IMG/VR virus record: IMGVR_UViG_3300020044_003264 | Span: 1 to 37,997 of that record | Origin: a virus | Lineage: Duplodnaviria > Caudoviricetes | DNA length: 37,997 bases | Strand: one strand, 5' to 3' | Shown here: positions 20,431 to 30,199 of the stretch, piece by piece | Position numbering within the stretch: the stretch's first letter is position 1 | Layout of the letters: each line of letters begins with the position of its first letter | Notes under the pieces: model-generated | What the model was told of the DNA's origin: nothing | The model's input: only the letters and a program-made list of their open reading frames with translations | Database searches by the model: none | Translations under genes and position numbers: made by a program

Positions 20431-21344
20431 AAACTAAAGTTTCTTTAACTGCGGAACTACCAACAAGTGAAAGATATGAAATAACTGAGATTGGTGTCTG
20501 GTCTGCTCCTAGCAATACTCTTGCAATTAATTTTGACAGTAAAATCATTTTTGATTTTTCTGAATCTTGGAAAGGCCACGGTACATCAATTTATGATCCT
20601 GTTATAAAAACTAATCTTGGAAATAACACAGTAGACATAGTTGATGGTGGAAACAAAATATTCTATGCATTAACATCAGATCCTCTATTTCAAGATTCTG
20701 TAAGAAAAAATAGAAAAGAGGGTCCAAGATATTTAACAACAACATTGATGATGCGCGGGGATGCTTCAACAATTACTGGAAGTTCTGGATCTTGGATTGG
20801 TTCAGGAGAACATATTCATCTTAATGGAATAAGTTTTGATATTAGTAGAAACAGTGCAAATGATATTCTTAAACTTGCTTTTTCGTTGGTTGATAAAACA
20901 GAAATTGCAGGAGCGCTTCCAGATAATGTAAAAATTCTTATACAATTTTATAAAAATGAAGATGAGAAAACTGCTACTGGATATGCTACTGCTGAAATTC
21001 AAATAGCAGGTACAGAGTTTTCAGGAACAGGTCCAGAGTTTTCAGGAAATAGATATCATGTTGTAGATATTCCAATCAGCGATCTTATTACAAGCACTGG
21101 ATTTAGTGCTCCAACAATTCGGGTATGCAGAATATTTACACAAATAACTTCATCATCTTTAACACCATCTACCGATCATTATTTAGCATTTGATGCGTTT
21201 AGAATTGAAAATGTCACCACAACAAATCCACTATACAAACTATCTGGATATTCAGTTGTAAGAAATAGCACAGGTTATCCAATTGTAAAAAATAAAAATA
21301 CAAATAATTATATTGATTTTAGGTTTAATCTAGGAATAGTATAA
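19986..21344 (+). CDS. Tail fibre/baseplate-type protein
   Basis: N-terminal MITNQGK...HIAVGCG...FEMFRVPI...ITEIGVW pattern of tail-fibre attachment domains, with one repeat module inserted. Confidence 0.65.
   Translation: MITNQGKEIISKYLLSQVPSYATHIAVGCGATPLDGNDTAPSTITLLEKEILDFEMFRVPITSKGFVNQEYNFEITNKQLTSNIATLTTSIAHNISIGDSVIITGIDSTFNGTYSVSGVPTSTTFNYSLTHTNISSTAVSPVGNVNVSKTKVSLTAELPTSERYEITEIGVWSAPSNTLAINFDSKIIFDFSESWKGHGTSIYDPVIKTNLGNNTVDIVDGGNKIFYALTSDPLFQDSVRKNRKEGPRYLTTTLMMRGDASTITGSSGSWIGSGEHIHLNGISFDISRNSANDILKLAFSLVDKTEIAGALPDNVKILIQFYKNEDEKTATGYATAEIQIAGTEFSGTGPEFSGNRYHVVDIPISDLITSTGFSAPTIRVCRIFTQITSSSLTPSTDHYLAFDAFRIENVTTTNPLYKLSGYSVVRNSTGYPIVKNKNTNNYIDFRFNLGIV
21007..21048 (+). repeat. 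21-bp in-frame tandem duplication
   Basis: CAGGTACAGAGTTTTCAGGAA followed by CAGGTCCAGAGTTTTCAGGAA (1 mismatch). Confidence 0.9.
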
Positions 21345-21826
21345 TGGCAAAACTTATTATAAAGAAAGAAGACTTGCCTCCAGTAAGTGGATCATCACAA
21401 TCATATCCAATTAGATATAGGCTAGTTTCAGAAGATAAAAGTAAGTTTTCATATTGGTCACCAATCTTCAACATTCCAATTGAAAGACAGTATACCGTGC
21501 TTCCACTTCCTGTGTCAAAGTCTGGAACAGTCGTAAATAACGTGTGGAATATTGTTGAAAATGTAAATTCTTATGATGTTTGGATTAGATGGGGAAAGCC
21601 AGCACAACCAGGTGATTGGTTTTTTCTACAAAATACTAGCAACAATAGCATCAGCACAATTATTCCATCAAGTTTTTATAACGGTGGAGTTTTAGTTTCA
21701 GATATACCAAATAGATTTTCAATTAGAATATATGAAGCAACATATTCTGTAGCAATATATCCTGCTCCAGCAAAAGCACAATATCCAGCATTTTTGTTAT
21801 ACGAAATAATTAATGAAACTGTATAA
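21344..21826 (+). CDS. Tail-associated protein (hypothetical)
   Basis: 160 aa, TAATG coupling; IRYRLVSEDKSKFSYWSPI motif. Confidence 0.5.
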   Translation: MAKLIIKKEDLPPVSGSSQSYPIRYRLVSEDKSKFSYWSPIFNIPIERQYTVLPLPVSKSGTVVNNVWNIVENVNSYDVWIRWGKPAQPGDWFFLQNTSNNSISTIIPSSFYNGGVLVSDIPNRFSIRIYEATYSVAIYPAPAKAQYPAFLLYEIINETV

Positions 21827-21835
21827 TGATATAAT
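21827..21835 (+). promoter_or_regulatory. Extended -10 promoter (TGATATAAT)
   Basis: Intergenic, followed by AGGAG and ATG 21851. Confidence 0.6.
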
Positions 21836-21850
21836 TAACTAGGAGAAAAC

Positions 21851-22294
21851 ATGGCAATACCTACACCAGATCGCGGTCAACCAATAGATGTAACATACCT
21901 ATATGACATTGCGACAGAGATTAATAAAATTTCAAGTCAGATTTCTGACGCAAACTATAACTATACTACTGTAAATATGAGAGATATTGGATCAAAAACA
22001 ATTCCAACTAGATCAGCAAAAATTGTTGCTGGATATAAAGATGTTGCAATAAATCAAACAGTAAAAGTTGGAGATAGTTTACCTTTTACTTTTGATTTTG
22101 GTACATATTTTCAATATCCACCAATTGCTACCGCAACCATAATGAACACTGGCACTAGCGATATCAGCGATGACGTTATTGTCAGTATTAGAACTATAAC
22201 TACTTCTCAAGTAACTGGTGTGTTAAAATTTAATAGATCTGGAACTGCCACGGCAGCGATAAACGTTATTGCCATCGGCATACCTCAAACGTAA
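21851..22294 (+). CDS. Small tail-fibre/lectin-like beta-sandwich protein
   Basis: F.F...F..PP...AT...NVIAIG pattern seen in tail-fibre C-terminal domains; strong SD. Confidence 0.5.
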   Translation: MAIPTPDRGQPIDVTYLYDIATEINKISSQISDANYNYTTVNMRDIGSKTIPTRSAKIVAGYKDVAINQTVKVGDSLPFTFDFGTYFQYPPIATATIMNTGTSDISDDVIVSIRTITTSQVTGVLKFNRSGTATAAINVIAIGIPQT

Positions 22295-22312
22295 TGATAT
22301 ACTTATGCCACT

Positions 22313-22504
22313 ATGCTAACTTGTAAAAAATGCACTGGAAGAATGTTTATAGACAGAGCGTTCTCTGAGCATAACCATATGGAAACTTTTTGTATAAGGT
22401 GTGGAACAAGAGTGTTCTATCATAATTTTGATCAATCAGACGGAGAAATCTCATGGCTATGGAACATGGAAAAGATGAGAATGAAACATCACATATCAAA
22501 GTAA
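22313..22504 (+). CDS. Small zinc-ribbon protein
   Basis: CKKC...CIRCG; preceded by TGATATACT at 22295-22303. Confidence 0.65.
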   Translation: MLTCKKCTGRMFIDRAFSEHNHMETFCIRCGTRVFYHNFDQSDGEISWLWNMEKMRMKHHISK

Positions 22505-22995
22505 TAAAAAAACCAAAAAGAAAGACTTGGTTTCTTGATGGAGACTTGGTAAGAATATTACATGTTAGTCGTGCTCAAGGAATCGTTATACTTTGGAGTC
22601 ATTCAAAGTCTTTACAAATGACCACAACGCTGGTAGAATTTAAAAAAAAGAGAAAGAAAGCCTTCACAATAGCAGAAACAGCAAGTCTTTTAAACTATCA
22701 CAAGAAGAGCATTCCTAGACTAGTGAAGGCTGGAATGCTACCTCCTGCCGTTGGAGTTCTTCCAGAAGGCAAGACTGCTTTTCATTATCTTTCTTATTAT
22801 AGTGAAGACCATATCTGGGAAGCAAGAAATCTTATGGCTCAGACCCATATGGGCAGGGCAAGGAAAGACGGTAGAGTCACAAACAATAAAACTCCTACAG
22901 AACAAGAATTAAAATATGCTATGGGAGAAGGAATGATTTACTATGTAAAAAATGATGAGGGTAGGTTTATTCCTGTTTTCAGTGAAACGATGTAG
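22453..22995 (+). CDS. HTH (MerR/excisionase-like) DNA-binding protein
   Basis: FTIAETASLLNYHKKSIPRLVKAGMLP helix-turn-helix. Confidence 0.65.
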   Translation: MAMEHGKDENETSHIKVIKKPKRKTWFLDGDLVRILHVSRAQGIVILWSHSKSLQMTTTLVEFKKKRKKAFTIAETASLLNYHKKSIPRLVKAGMLPPAVGVLPEGKTAFHYLSYYSEDHIWEARNLMAQTHMGRARKDGRVTNNKTPTEQELKYAMGEGMIYYVKNDEGRFIPVFSETM

Positions 22996-22997
22996 AC

Positions 22998-23026
22998 TTG
23001 ACTTATTTATTCAGATACGATATTAT
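22998..23026 (+). promoter_or_regulatory. sigma70/SigA-type promoter for the replication genes
   Basis: TTGACT-N17-TATTAT in the intergenic gap. Confidence 0.6.
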
Positions 23027-23054
23027 TACCAGTAACAACTAGGAAAGGCTTTAC

Positions 23055-23252
23055 ATGGAAGAAACTAGAATATCTTGGTCCCTCGGTTATACTTTTAATA
23101 CGGGGAACTTTCAAAATCTTCGTCTTGACTGTCAAGTGACAGATTACAAGCATGAAGATGAAACAGCAAAAGAAGCATCTGACCGCATTTATCAGTTTGT
23201 GGAAAATCAACTAATTGAAAAACTCAACGAAGCAAAGGAACAACTAGCATGA
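23055..23252 (+). CDS. Hypothetical protein
   Basis: 65 aa, SD-like GAAAGG; LGYTFNTGNFQNLRLD motif. Confidence 0.6.
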   Translation: MEETRISWSLGYTFNTGNFQNLRLDCQVTDYKHEDETAKEASDRIYQFVENQLIEKLNEAKEQLA

Positions 23253-23440
23253 TTGATAAGAATAAGGGTCGTTATGTAGCGGTACATGAGAATCCAATAG
23301 TACTTTGTTCATATGGTGATACACCAGCAGATGCATTTAAGCAGATGGCTAAGTTGATCAAAGAACAAGATTGTCAGTATGTCACTGCTGTAAATACATC
23401 ATTTGATGAAGAAGTTCATTACGTTACCGTTTATATTTAA
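23249..23440 (+). CDS. Hypothetical protein
   Basis: 63 aa, ATGA overlap with the previous gene. Confidence 0.55.
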   Translation: MIDKNKGRYVAVHENPIVLCSYGDTPADAFKQMAKLIKEQDCQYVTAVNTSFDEEVHYVTVYI

Positions 23441-23448
23441 GGAGAGTC

Positions 23449-23757
23449 ATGGCTGATCGTAAGGATAGGTTTGCACTTATCACTAGGTTCGAAAGGTCAT
23501 GCAAGATGAAAGGCATGTCTGCGCCCATTATCAATAAGTATAATGAGCAGTGGGCAGCAGACGCCCTTTTAGAATCTTTTGATATAGATGAATTATATAG
23601 GGCAATAGAATACTATTTTAGTATTCAAGAGCGTCCCACATGGAAGGTATTTGCCAACAACGCTGGTCGTCTGCTAGAATCCATGCAGGCAAGTAGAGAA
23701 GACAAAGAATTTAGGGCAGAGATGCGACAAAAGGCGAAGGAATGGGTAAATGGCTAA
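23449..23757 (+). CDS. Hypothetical protein, possibly helicase-loader-like
   Basis: 102 aa, AAGGAG SD, overlaps the helicase start; function inferred from position only. Confidence 0.45.
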   Translation: MADRKDRFALITRFERSCKMKGMSAPIINKYNEQWAADALLESFDIDELYRAIEYYFSIQERPTWKVFANNAGRLLESMQASREDKEFRAEMRQKAKEWVNG

Positions 23758-24964
23758 TTTAGAGGCAAAGACACTATCAGCAGTATTAAATGATAAGCAG
23801 GTACATATTCTGCTACAGGCTAATATTGATACTATTCTTAGAACACACAATGATGTGTGGGGATTTGTGAGAAACTATTATGAGCAGAATCAGACTGTTC
23901 CTCCTGCAAATATTGTAAAGCAGCAGTTTGCTGATTTTGAGTATACCTCTGATACTGGTAGCACCAAGCATCATCTTGATGAACTGCGTACCGACTTTCT
24001 TAATGATAATATTAAGATAATGCTGCGTTCCGCTGCAAATGAAGTTCAAGATGGAAAGGCAATTGATGCCCTCAATACTCTTGTTACTGAAACAGCGAAT
24101 CTAAAGCGTATTACATCGACGGTACGAGATCTTGACGTATCAAATGTTGATGATGCTGTAGCATATTTTGAGAATATTAAAAGGCTACAAGAAAGTGGTA
24201 TGCATGGAATCTACACAGGACTCGCAGGATTTGATAACTATATGCCAGCGGGAATTACCCCCGGACAGTTTGGCGTTCTTCTTGCTTACCCCGCTATTGG
24301 TAAGTCTTGGATGGCTTTGTACCTTGCTGTACAGGCATGGAAGCATGGCAAGTCACCACTGATCATCAGCCTTGAAATGACGGAGGCAGAAGTTCGTAAT
24401 AGACTATTTGCAATCATTGGTAACGGTATGTGGAGTCATCGTAAACTATCATCTGGAAACGTAGAGATTGATATGTTTAAGAAGTGGATGAGCAAGACCT
24501 TTGATGGTAAGCCAAGCATCCATATCATTTCCAACGAGGGAATTGGAGAGGTTTCTCCATCAGTTCTTCGTGGAAAGATTGATCAGTATAATCCATCTAT
24601 TGTATTCGTTGACTACCTCAACCTTATGACCTCTAATACTCGTACTGAGAGTGAAGTTGTAAAGATGAAGAATCTTTCGCGGGAACTGAAGTTGCTTGCA
24701 ATTAGCGAGGAAGTTCCAATTGTAGCCATCTCATCTGCAACACCAGATGATGTAACGGATATGAATAGTGTTCCAACACTTGGTCAGACCTCTTGGTCAC
24801 GTCAGATTGCTTATGATGCCGACTGGCTTTTGGCATTAGGTCGTGCTGCGAATAGTGACGTACTAGAATGCGTATTCAGGAAGAATCGAAATGGATTTCT
24901 TGGAGAGTTCATGGTTCAGGTTGACTTTGACAGCGGTCGATTTATTTACAAGGATTTTGAATAA
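23750..24964 (+). CDS. dnaB: DnaB-like replicative helicase
   Basis: Walker A AYPAIGKS, ISLEM, Walker B VFVDYL, IAYDAD, KNRNG. Confidence 0.93.
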   Translation: MANLEAKTLSAVLNDKQVHILLQANIDTILRTHNDVWGFVRNYYEQNQTVPPANIVKQQFADFEYTSDTGSTKHHLDELRTDFLNDNIKIMLRSAANEVQDGKAIDALNTLVTETANLKRITSTVRDLDVSNVDDAVAYFENIKRLQESGMHGIYTGLAGFDNYMPAGITPGQFGVLLAYPAIGKSWMALYLAVQAWKHGKSPLIISLEMTEAEVRNRLFAIIGNGMWSHRKLSSGNVEIDMFKKWMSKTFDGKPSIHIISNEGIGEVSPSVLRGKIDQYNPSIVFVDYLNLMTSNTRTESEVVKMKNLSRELKLLAISEEVPIVAISSATPDDVTDMNSVPTLGQTSWSRQIAYDADWLLALGRAANSDVLECVFRKNRNGFLGEFMVQVDFDSGRFIYKDFE

Positions 24965-24982
24965 ATAGTATATAATTAATAA

Positions 24983-25300
24983 ATGAATTTCATGCATAAA
25001 AAAATAAAAAGATTTGAACTTGTCGGACAAATATCCGACGATTCTTTTATTTTACGCATGAAGAATCAGTATATAAAATTATTATCTGAATTAATGAAAG
25101 ATGAAGGATACGTTCAGCGTGTTGACATTGATCCAGATTGGTCGTTATCATATGAAGATGGTCATTATGAATTTATATTAAGCGTATACGGATCATATAT
25201 TGGAAAGAGGGAAGCCGCATGTATCGACGGTTTAGACAAGAACCGACCGCTCTATACTCCCCAGAACAAGTTAAGCGAGTCGTTCAAAACTCAGGTGTAG
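24983..25300 (+). CDS. Hypothetical protein, probably leaderless
   Basis: TATAAT at 24971-24976 is separated from ATG 24983 by 6 nt; no SD. Confidence 0.6.
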   Translation: MNFMHKKIKRFELVGQISDDSFILRMKNQYIKLLSELMKDEGYVQRVDIDPDWSLSYEDGHYEFILSVYGSYIGKREAACIDGLDKNRPLYTPQNKLSESFKTQV

Positions 25301-26163
25301 AAGTAGTAGGAGAAGTTCCTAATGGATGGATTATGTTCTGTCCATTTCATAATAACTACCGCACTCCCGCAGGGGAAATGGATAAGCATGGTGGACATTT
25401 CTACTGCTTCTCATGCAGTACATCAATCAGTCTTATTGACTTTGTAATCAACCTTACCAAAAAGACTTACTTTGAATCTGTTCGATTCATTAAATCTTTT
25501 GAGGTTGATAGTAGCATTGTTGATAGCCTTGACATTGCTCTTGAGACAAGGGTGGAGTTTGAGCCATTTGATGAACTCATGATCAAGAGACTAAATAATC
25601 AAGCATTGGAATCTCCTAGGGCGGTTCGTTACTTTGAGTTTAGGAGTATAACTAAAGACAGCATGATAAAGTTTTCACTAGGATATAGTGAGAAGCAGGA
25701 CATGGTTACTGTTCCGATTACAACTCCAGATGGTAACATGTTCGTTGGATTTGTTGGTCGATCTGTGGAGGGTAAGGATTTTAAGAATACTCCAAAACTT
25801 CCAAAGTCAAAGATTCTTTTCAATTTGCATAGGGCAAGATTACATGATACAGTCTATGTAGTTGAGTCCTCCTTTGATGCAATTCGTTTAGATCAATGCG
25901 GCATTGCAGCGGTAGCAACTCTTGGCTCTAGCATATCCAAAAATCAAATTGATCTATTGACAAAGCACTTTAACAATGTTATACTTATCCCTGATAACGA
26001 CGATGCTGGTAAAGAAATGGTTCGTCGTATCATTGATATCATGGGGCCAAGAGCCGTGGCAATTGGAATTCCCCAAAGATTCAAGGATATTGGAGACATG
26101 ACAGATTCCGATATTGGTGAATTAATTAAAAAAACGCAAGATCCATTATTAGCAATGTATTAA
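25219..26163 (+). CDS. dnaG: DNA primase (CHC2 zinc finger + Toprim)
   Basis: CPFH...CFSC, GFVGR, VVESSFDA, PDNDDAG, KDIGD. Confidence 0.92.
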   Translation: MYRRFRQEPTALYSPEQVKRVVQNSGVEVVGEVPNGWIMFCPFHNNYRTPAGEMDKHGGHFYCFSCSTSISLIDFVINLTKKTYFESVRFIKSFEVDSSIVDSLDIALETRVEFEPFDELMIKRLNNQALESPRAVRYFEFRSITKDSMIKFSLGYSEKQDMVTVPITTPDGNMFVGFVGRSVEGKDFKNTPKLPKSKILFNLHRARLHDTVYVVESSFDAIRLDQCGIAAVATLGSSISKNQIDLLTKHFNNVILIPDNDDAGKEMVRRIIDIMGPRAVAIGIPQRFKDIGDMTDSDIGELIKKTQDPLLAMY

Positions 26164-26188
26164 TCAAAAATATAAGGAGAGTATTATC

Positions 26189-26860
26189 ATGAGTATTTTG
26201 AGAGGTTTGAAGGCTATGGAGCAACTTGATCGTTCTCCTGCAAATTCAGGAGATGGAACTAAGGTTCGTTGGCTTAAGTTGGAAGATAGTCAGAGTGCAA
26301 AGGTTCGATTTGTCAATGAACTTGACGAGGATTCACCAAATTATGATGCAGCACGGGATATTGCAATCGTAGTATCTGAGCATACCAATCCAAAGGATTA
26401 CAAGCGCAAGGCTGTTTGTACTATGGATAGTGAAGGTCGTTGTTTTGGCTGTGAAATGGCTAGAAAGCAGACTGAGGCTGATCGCAAGCAGGGTTCATGG
26501 CGTGCTCGTTTTCGCTATTACACCAATCTGCTTGTGGATGACGGTATGGAAGAGCCATATGTTGCAGTTTGGTCACAGGGTGTAGGCAAGCAGTCTGCAT
26601 TTAATACTCTCAAGGAGTATGCTATTGATACTGGAAGTATCACCAATAGGTCTTGGCGAATGAAGCGTCAGGGCAGTGGAACTGACACTAGTTATATTAT
26701 TCTTCCTGGAGATCCAGACAACGAGAAGTATGACTGGAGCAAGGTTGAACCATTCAATCTTGAGAAGGTTGTTCGTCAGGTTCCATATGCAGAGCAGGAG
26801 TCATTCTATTTGGGATTTGATACTCCAACATCCAGCGACACAAAAAATGTTGACTGGTAA
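26189..26860 (+). CDS. Single-stranded DNA-binding protein (gp32-like, zinc-binding)
   Basis: H...C...CFGCE, KRQGSGTDTSY, acidic tail ending in W; lies between primase and polymerase. Confidence 0.75.
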   Translation: MSILRGLKAMEQLDRSPANSGDGTKVRWLKLEDSQSAKVRFVNELDEDSPNYDAARDIAIVVSEHTNPKDYKRKAVCTMDSEGRCFGCEMARKQTEADRKQGSWRARFRYYTNLLVDDGMEEPYVAVWSQGVGKQSAFNTLKEYAIDTGSITNRSWRMKRQGSGTDTSYIILPGDPDNEKYDWSKVEPFNLEKVVRQVPYAEQESFYLGFDTPTSSDTKNVDW

Positions 26861-26889
26861 TTGACAAATAGAGAAGGGGACGGTAGAAT
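26861..26889 (+). promoter_or_regulatory. Consensus promoter for dnaE
   Basis: TTGACA-N17-TAGAAT. Confidence 0.75.
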
Positions 26890-26919
26890 AAAACTATCGT
26901 CCCCTTCTCATTTCTATTT
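26871..26919 (+). terminator. 16-bp hairpin, probable terminator of the ssb transcript, overlapping the dnaE promoter
   Basis: GAGAAGGGGACGGTAG-aataaaa-CTATCGTCCCCTTCTC (one G-U pair), followed by ATTTCTATTT. Confidence 0.65.
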
Positions 26920-26929
26920 AAGGAGTTTT

Positions 26930-29900
26930 ATGCCTAACTACGTCCCCCTTCACCTACACACACATTACTCTCAAATGGACGGAGTTGCAACACCAGAAGA
27001 ATATGTAGAGCGAGCACAGCAGAACGGTATGTCTGCAATCGCTATCACTGATCATGGAACGCTCTCTGGTCATCGACCAATGTATCGTGCGGCTAAGGCG
27101 GGTGGCCTTAAGCCTATCCTTGGAGTAGAAGGATATATTACGGCAGATAGATTTGATAAGCGTGACAAGAAAGAACGAACTCTTCCCCTTGACATGGTAT
27201 ACAACCATATAGTAATTCTTGCTAAGAATGATCTTGGTCTTGAGAACCTTGGTCGTCTTAATGAGATTTCTTGGAACGAGGGGTACTACCGTAAGCCTCG
27301 TATTGACTTTGAGGTTCTGGAGAAGTATCGTGAGGGGCTTATTGTTTCCTCTGCCTGCATGTCTGGCCTTATCAATAAGGCTATTGAGGTAGACGATTAT
27401 GCTGTAGCAAAGGCGCACCTAAAGTGGTTTGGAGATCGCTTTGGCGATGACTTCTATGTTGAGGTTATGCCACACAATACTGCTGGTATGAATCGGGCAT
27501 TGATTGATCTTGCTGATGCCTGTGGTCATAAGATTATCGTGACTCCAGACTGCCATCATGCGACGGTAGACCAGAAGGTCATTCAGGAGATCATGCTTAT
27601 TAACAATACTCATGCTAAGTTTGAGAAGGATATCTCCTACGACAAGTCTCGTAAGGTAGAAGACCCTCTTAAGCGTCTTGACTATCTGTATGGACAGGAC
27701 CGCATGATGAGTTTCAATAAGTTCGATATTCATCTTCTTTCTGGTGATGAGATGCATGAGTCAATGGGTGAAGACTTTCGCGCAGACATGTTTGCTAATA
27801 CCTTGGATATTGCTGACAAGATAGAAGAGTATACGATTCATCGTAATCTCAACCTTCTTCCTGTTGAGCACAAAGATCCTGATGCACAGATCAGAAAGTA
27901 TGCATTTTCTTGGCTAAAGGCCAACAACTTGGATACTAATCAAGAGTATGTAGATAGGCTCAATGAAGAACTTGAGACTATCAAGCAGAAGAAGTTTGCC
28001 TCTTACTTCATTGTTGTCCAGAATATGCTTAATTGGGCAAAGAAGGAAGGTATCATGGTTGGTCCCGGTCGTGGCTCGTCTGCTGGATCACTAGTCTGCT
28101 ATGCCTTGGGCATCACAGATATTGATCCCATCAAGCATGGACTTCTATTCTTCCGATTCATTGACATGGATCGTGACGACATGCCAGACGTTGACTCTGA
28201 TATTCAGGATTCTCGTCGTGAAGAGGTAAAGGATTATCTAGAGAAGCAGTATAAGCATGTTGCATCTATTGCAACGTTCCTACAGTTTAAGGATAAGGGC
28301 GTTGTCAGAGACGTGGCTCGTTGCTTCAACGTTCCTCTTGCTGATGTGAATCGTGCGCTAAAGACAGTGGATACTTGGGAAGAGTATGTAATGTCTAAGA
28401 ACACTCAGTGGTTCCGTGAAAAGTATCCTGAAGTAGAACTGTATGGAAATCAACTGCGTGGTCGCATTCGTGGCACTGGAGTCCATGCAGCAGGCGTTGT
28501 TACGTCCAAGATTCCAATCTCTAGGGTCGCTCCAATGGAGACTCGTAACGTCACAGGAAGCGATTCTAGGCTCCCTGTGGTCGCGGTAGACATGGAAGAG
28601 GCAGCAGACATTGGTTTGATCAAGATCGACGCTCTGGGACTTAAGACTCTTACAGTTATGAATGATGCTCTCAATATTATTGAGGATCGAACTGGGAGAA
28701 GAATTGTTCTAAAGGATATTAATCTTGAGGATTCCAATATCTATAACATGCTGTCTGATGGTCATACCAAGGGAGTCTTTCAATGTGAAGCAACACCATA
28801 CACAAACCTACTAATTAAGATGGGCATTAGTAAGTTTGATGAACTTGTTGCATCTAACGCTCTTGTTCGTCCTGGTGCCATGAATACCATTGGCAAGGAC
28901 TATATTGCTCGCAAGCAGGGTAAGCAGGGTATCGTTTACGCATCCCCAATTATGAAGGAGTTTACCGAAGATACTTACGGTACAATTCTATATCAGGAAC
29001 AAGTTATGCTTGCTTGCACAAAGTTGGGCGGCATGACTATGGGAGAGGCCAATAAGGTTCGTAAGATTATTGGTAAGAAGAAGGATGCGAGAGAGTTTGA
29101 CGAGTTCAAGGAGTTATTTGTTCGGAATGCAACTGGGCCACTTGGCGGGGCGGCTGCTGAAAAGATGTGGCATGACTTTGAGGCACACGCAGGATACTCG
29201 TTCAATAAGTCTCATGCTGTCGCTTACTCAACAATTTCGTATTGGACGGCGTGGCTGAAGTACTACTATCCGCTTGAGTTCATGTTCTCTCTTCTTAGTA
29301 ATGAGAAGGACAAGGACGGTCGTACTGAATACCTAATTGAGGCAAAGCGTATGGGCATTCCTATGCGTCTGCCACATATTAATGACTCTGGATCTGACTT
29401 CAAGATTGAGGGTAAGGGAATTAGGTTTGGTCTTTCCTCCATTAAGTACATCTCAGACAAGATTGCATCCAAGTATCTTGAAGCACGTCCATTTAAATCA
29501 TTTGAAGATGTAAAGGAGTTTACATACACGAAGGGTAATGGCGTTAACTCACGGGCACTTGAATCAATGAGGGCAGTTGGAGCATTGACATTCCCAGACA
29601 ACCCTAGGAATGACGAAGAGATTCGTAGCAACATGTATGAATACCTAAACCTTCCAGAGTTTAATATGCAGGTTCCTCAGCATTATCATGCTTATGTAAC
29701 CTCTGCTGATGACTTTGATGAGAAGGGTGCATTCATCCTTATGGGTGTTGTTCGTGGTATTAAGCGTGGCAAGGGATGGAGCCGTGTAGATATTCTAGAC
29801 GGTACAGGATCAATTGGAGTATTCGATGAAGAACAAACTACTATCGAAGCAGGTAGGACTTACATTATTCTTGTTGGATCTAACAGAATTGTGGAAGCAG

Positions 29901-30199
29901 TTCCTATTGACGAGATATCAACGAGCAAGTCACCGCTTATCAGGTTTTTAAATTACAAGCAACTGCCGTACAGCGATGACGAATACTATGTGTTATCCTT
30001 TAAGCCAAGGATTACCAAGGCAGGTAAGAGGATGGCAAGCCTAGTAGTTGCCAACTCAGGTAGAGATCTCCTATCAATGATTGTCTTTCCAACTGCATTT
30101 GCGGTTGCATACACAAGGATAGAAGAAGGTAACATTTATAAGATTAACTACAGTCTCTCAAAGGACGAGGACTTAATATTTCAGGAGGTAGTAGCATGA
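26930..30199 (+). CDS. dnaE: DNA polymerase III alpha subunit (1089 aa)
   Basis: PHP LHLHTHYS..DG and AITDHG, GPGRGSSAGS, PDVDSD, HAAGVV, KIDALGL, GYSFNKSHA. AAGGAG SD before ATG 26930. Confidence 0.97.
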   Translation: MPNYVPLHLHTHYSQMDGVATPEEYVERAQQNGMSAIAITDHGTLSGHRPMYRAAKAGGLKPILGVEGYITADRFDKRDKKERTLPLDMVYNHIVILAKNDLGLENLGRLNEISWNEGYYRKPRIDFEVLEKYREGLIVSSACMSGLINKAIEVDDYAVAKAHLKWFGDRFGDDFYVEVMPHNTAGMNRALIDLADACGHKIIVTPDCHHATVDQKVIQEIMLINNTHAKFEKDISYDKSRKVEDPLKRLDYLYGQDRMMSFNKFDIHLLSGDEMHESMGEDFRADMFANTLDIADKIEEYTIHRNLNLLPVEHKDPDAQIRKYAFSWLKANNLDTNQEYVDRLNEELETIKQKKFASYFIVVQNMLNWAKKEGIMVGPGRGSSAGSLVCYALGITDIDPIKHGLLFFRFIDMDRDDMPDVDSDIQDSRREEVKDYLEKQYKHVASIATFLQFKDKGVVRDVARCFNVPLADVNRALKTVDTWEEYVMSKNTQWFREKYPEVELYGNQLRGRIRGTGVHAAGVVTSKIPISRVAPMETRNVTGSDSRLPVVAVDMEEAADIGLIKIDALGLKTLTVMNDALNIIEDRTGRRIVLKDINLEDSNIYNMLSDGHTKGVFQCEATPYTNLLIKMGISKFDELVASNALVRPGAMNTIGKDYIARKQGKQGIVYASPIMKEFTEDTYGTILYQEQVMLACTKLGGMTMGEANKVRKIIGKKKDAREFDEFKELFVRNATGPLGGAAAEKMWHDFEAHAGYSFNKSHAVAYSTISYWTAWLKYYYPLEFMFSLLSNEKDKDGRTEYLIEAKRMGIPMRLPHINDSGSDFKIEGKGIRFGLSSIKYISDKIASKYLEARPFKSFEDVKEFTYTKGNGVNSRALESMRAVGALTFPDNPRNDEEIRSNMYEYLNLPEFNMQVPQHYHAYVTSADDFDEKGAFILMGVVRGIKRGKGWSRVDILDGTGSIGVFDEEQTTIEAGRTYIILVGSNRIVEAVPIDEISTSKSPLIRFLNYKQLPYSDDEYYVLSFKPRITKAGKRMASLVVANSGRDLLSMIVFPTAFAVAYTRIEEGNIYKINYSLSKDEDLIFQEVVA

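Noticed and set aside
26861-26929. N-terminal extension of DnaE from TTG 26861
   Set aside because: The TTG is the -35 box and the region is a hairpin. The SD and PHP motif point to ATG 26930.
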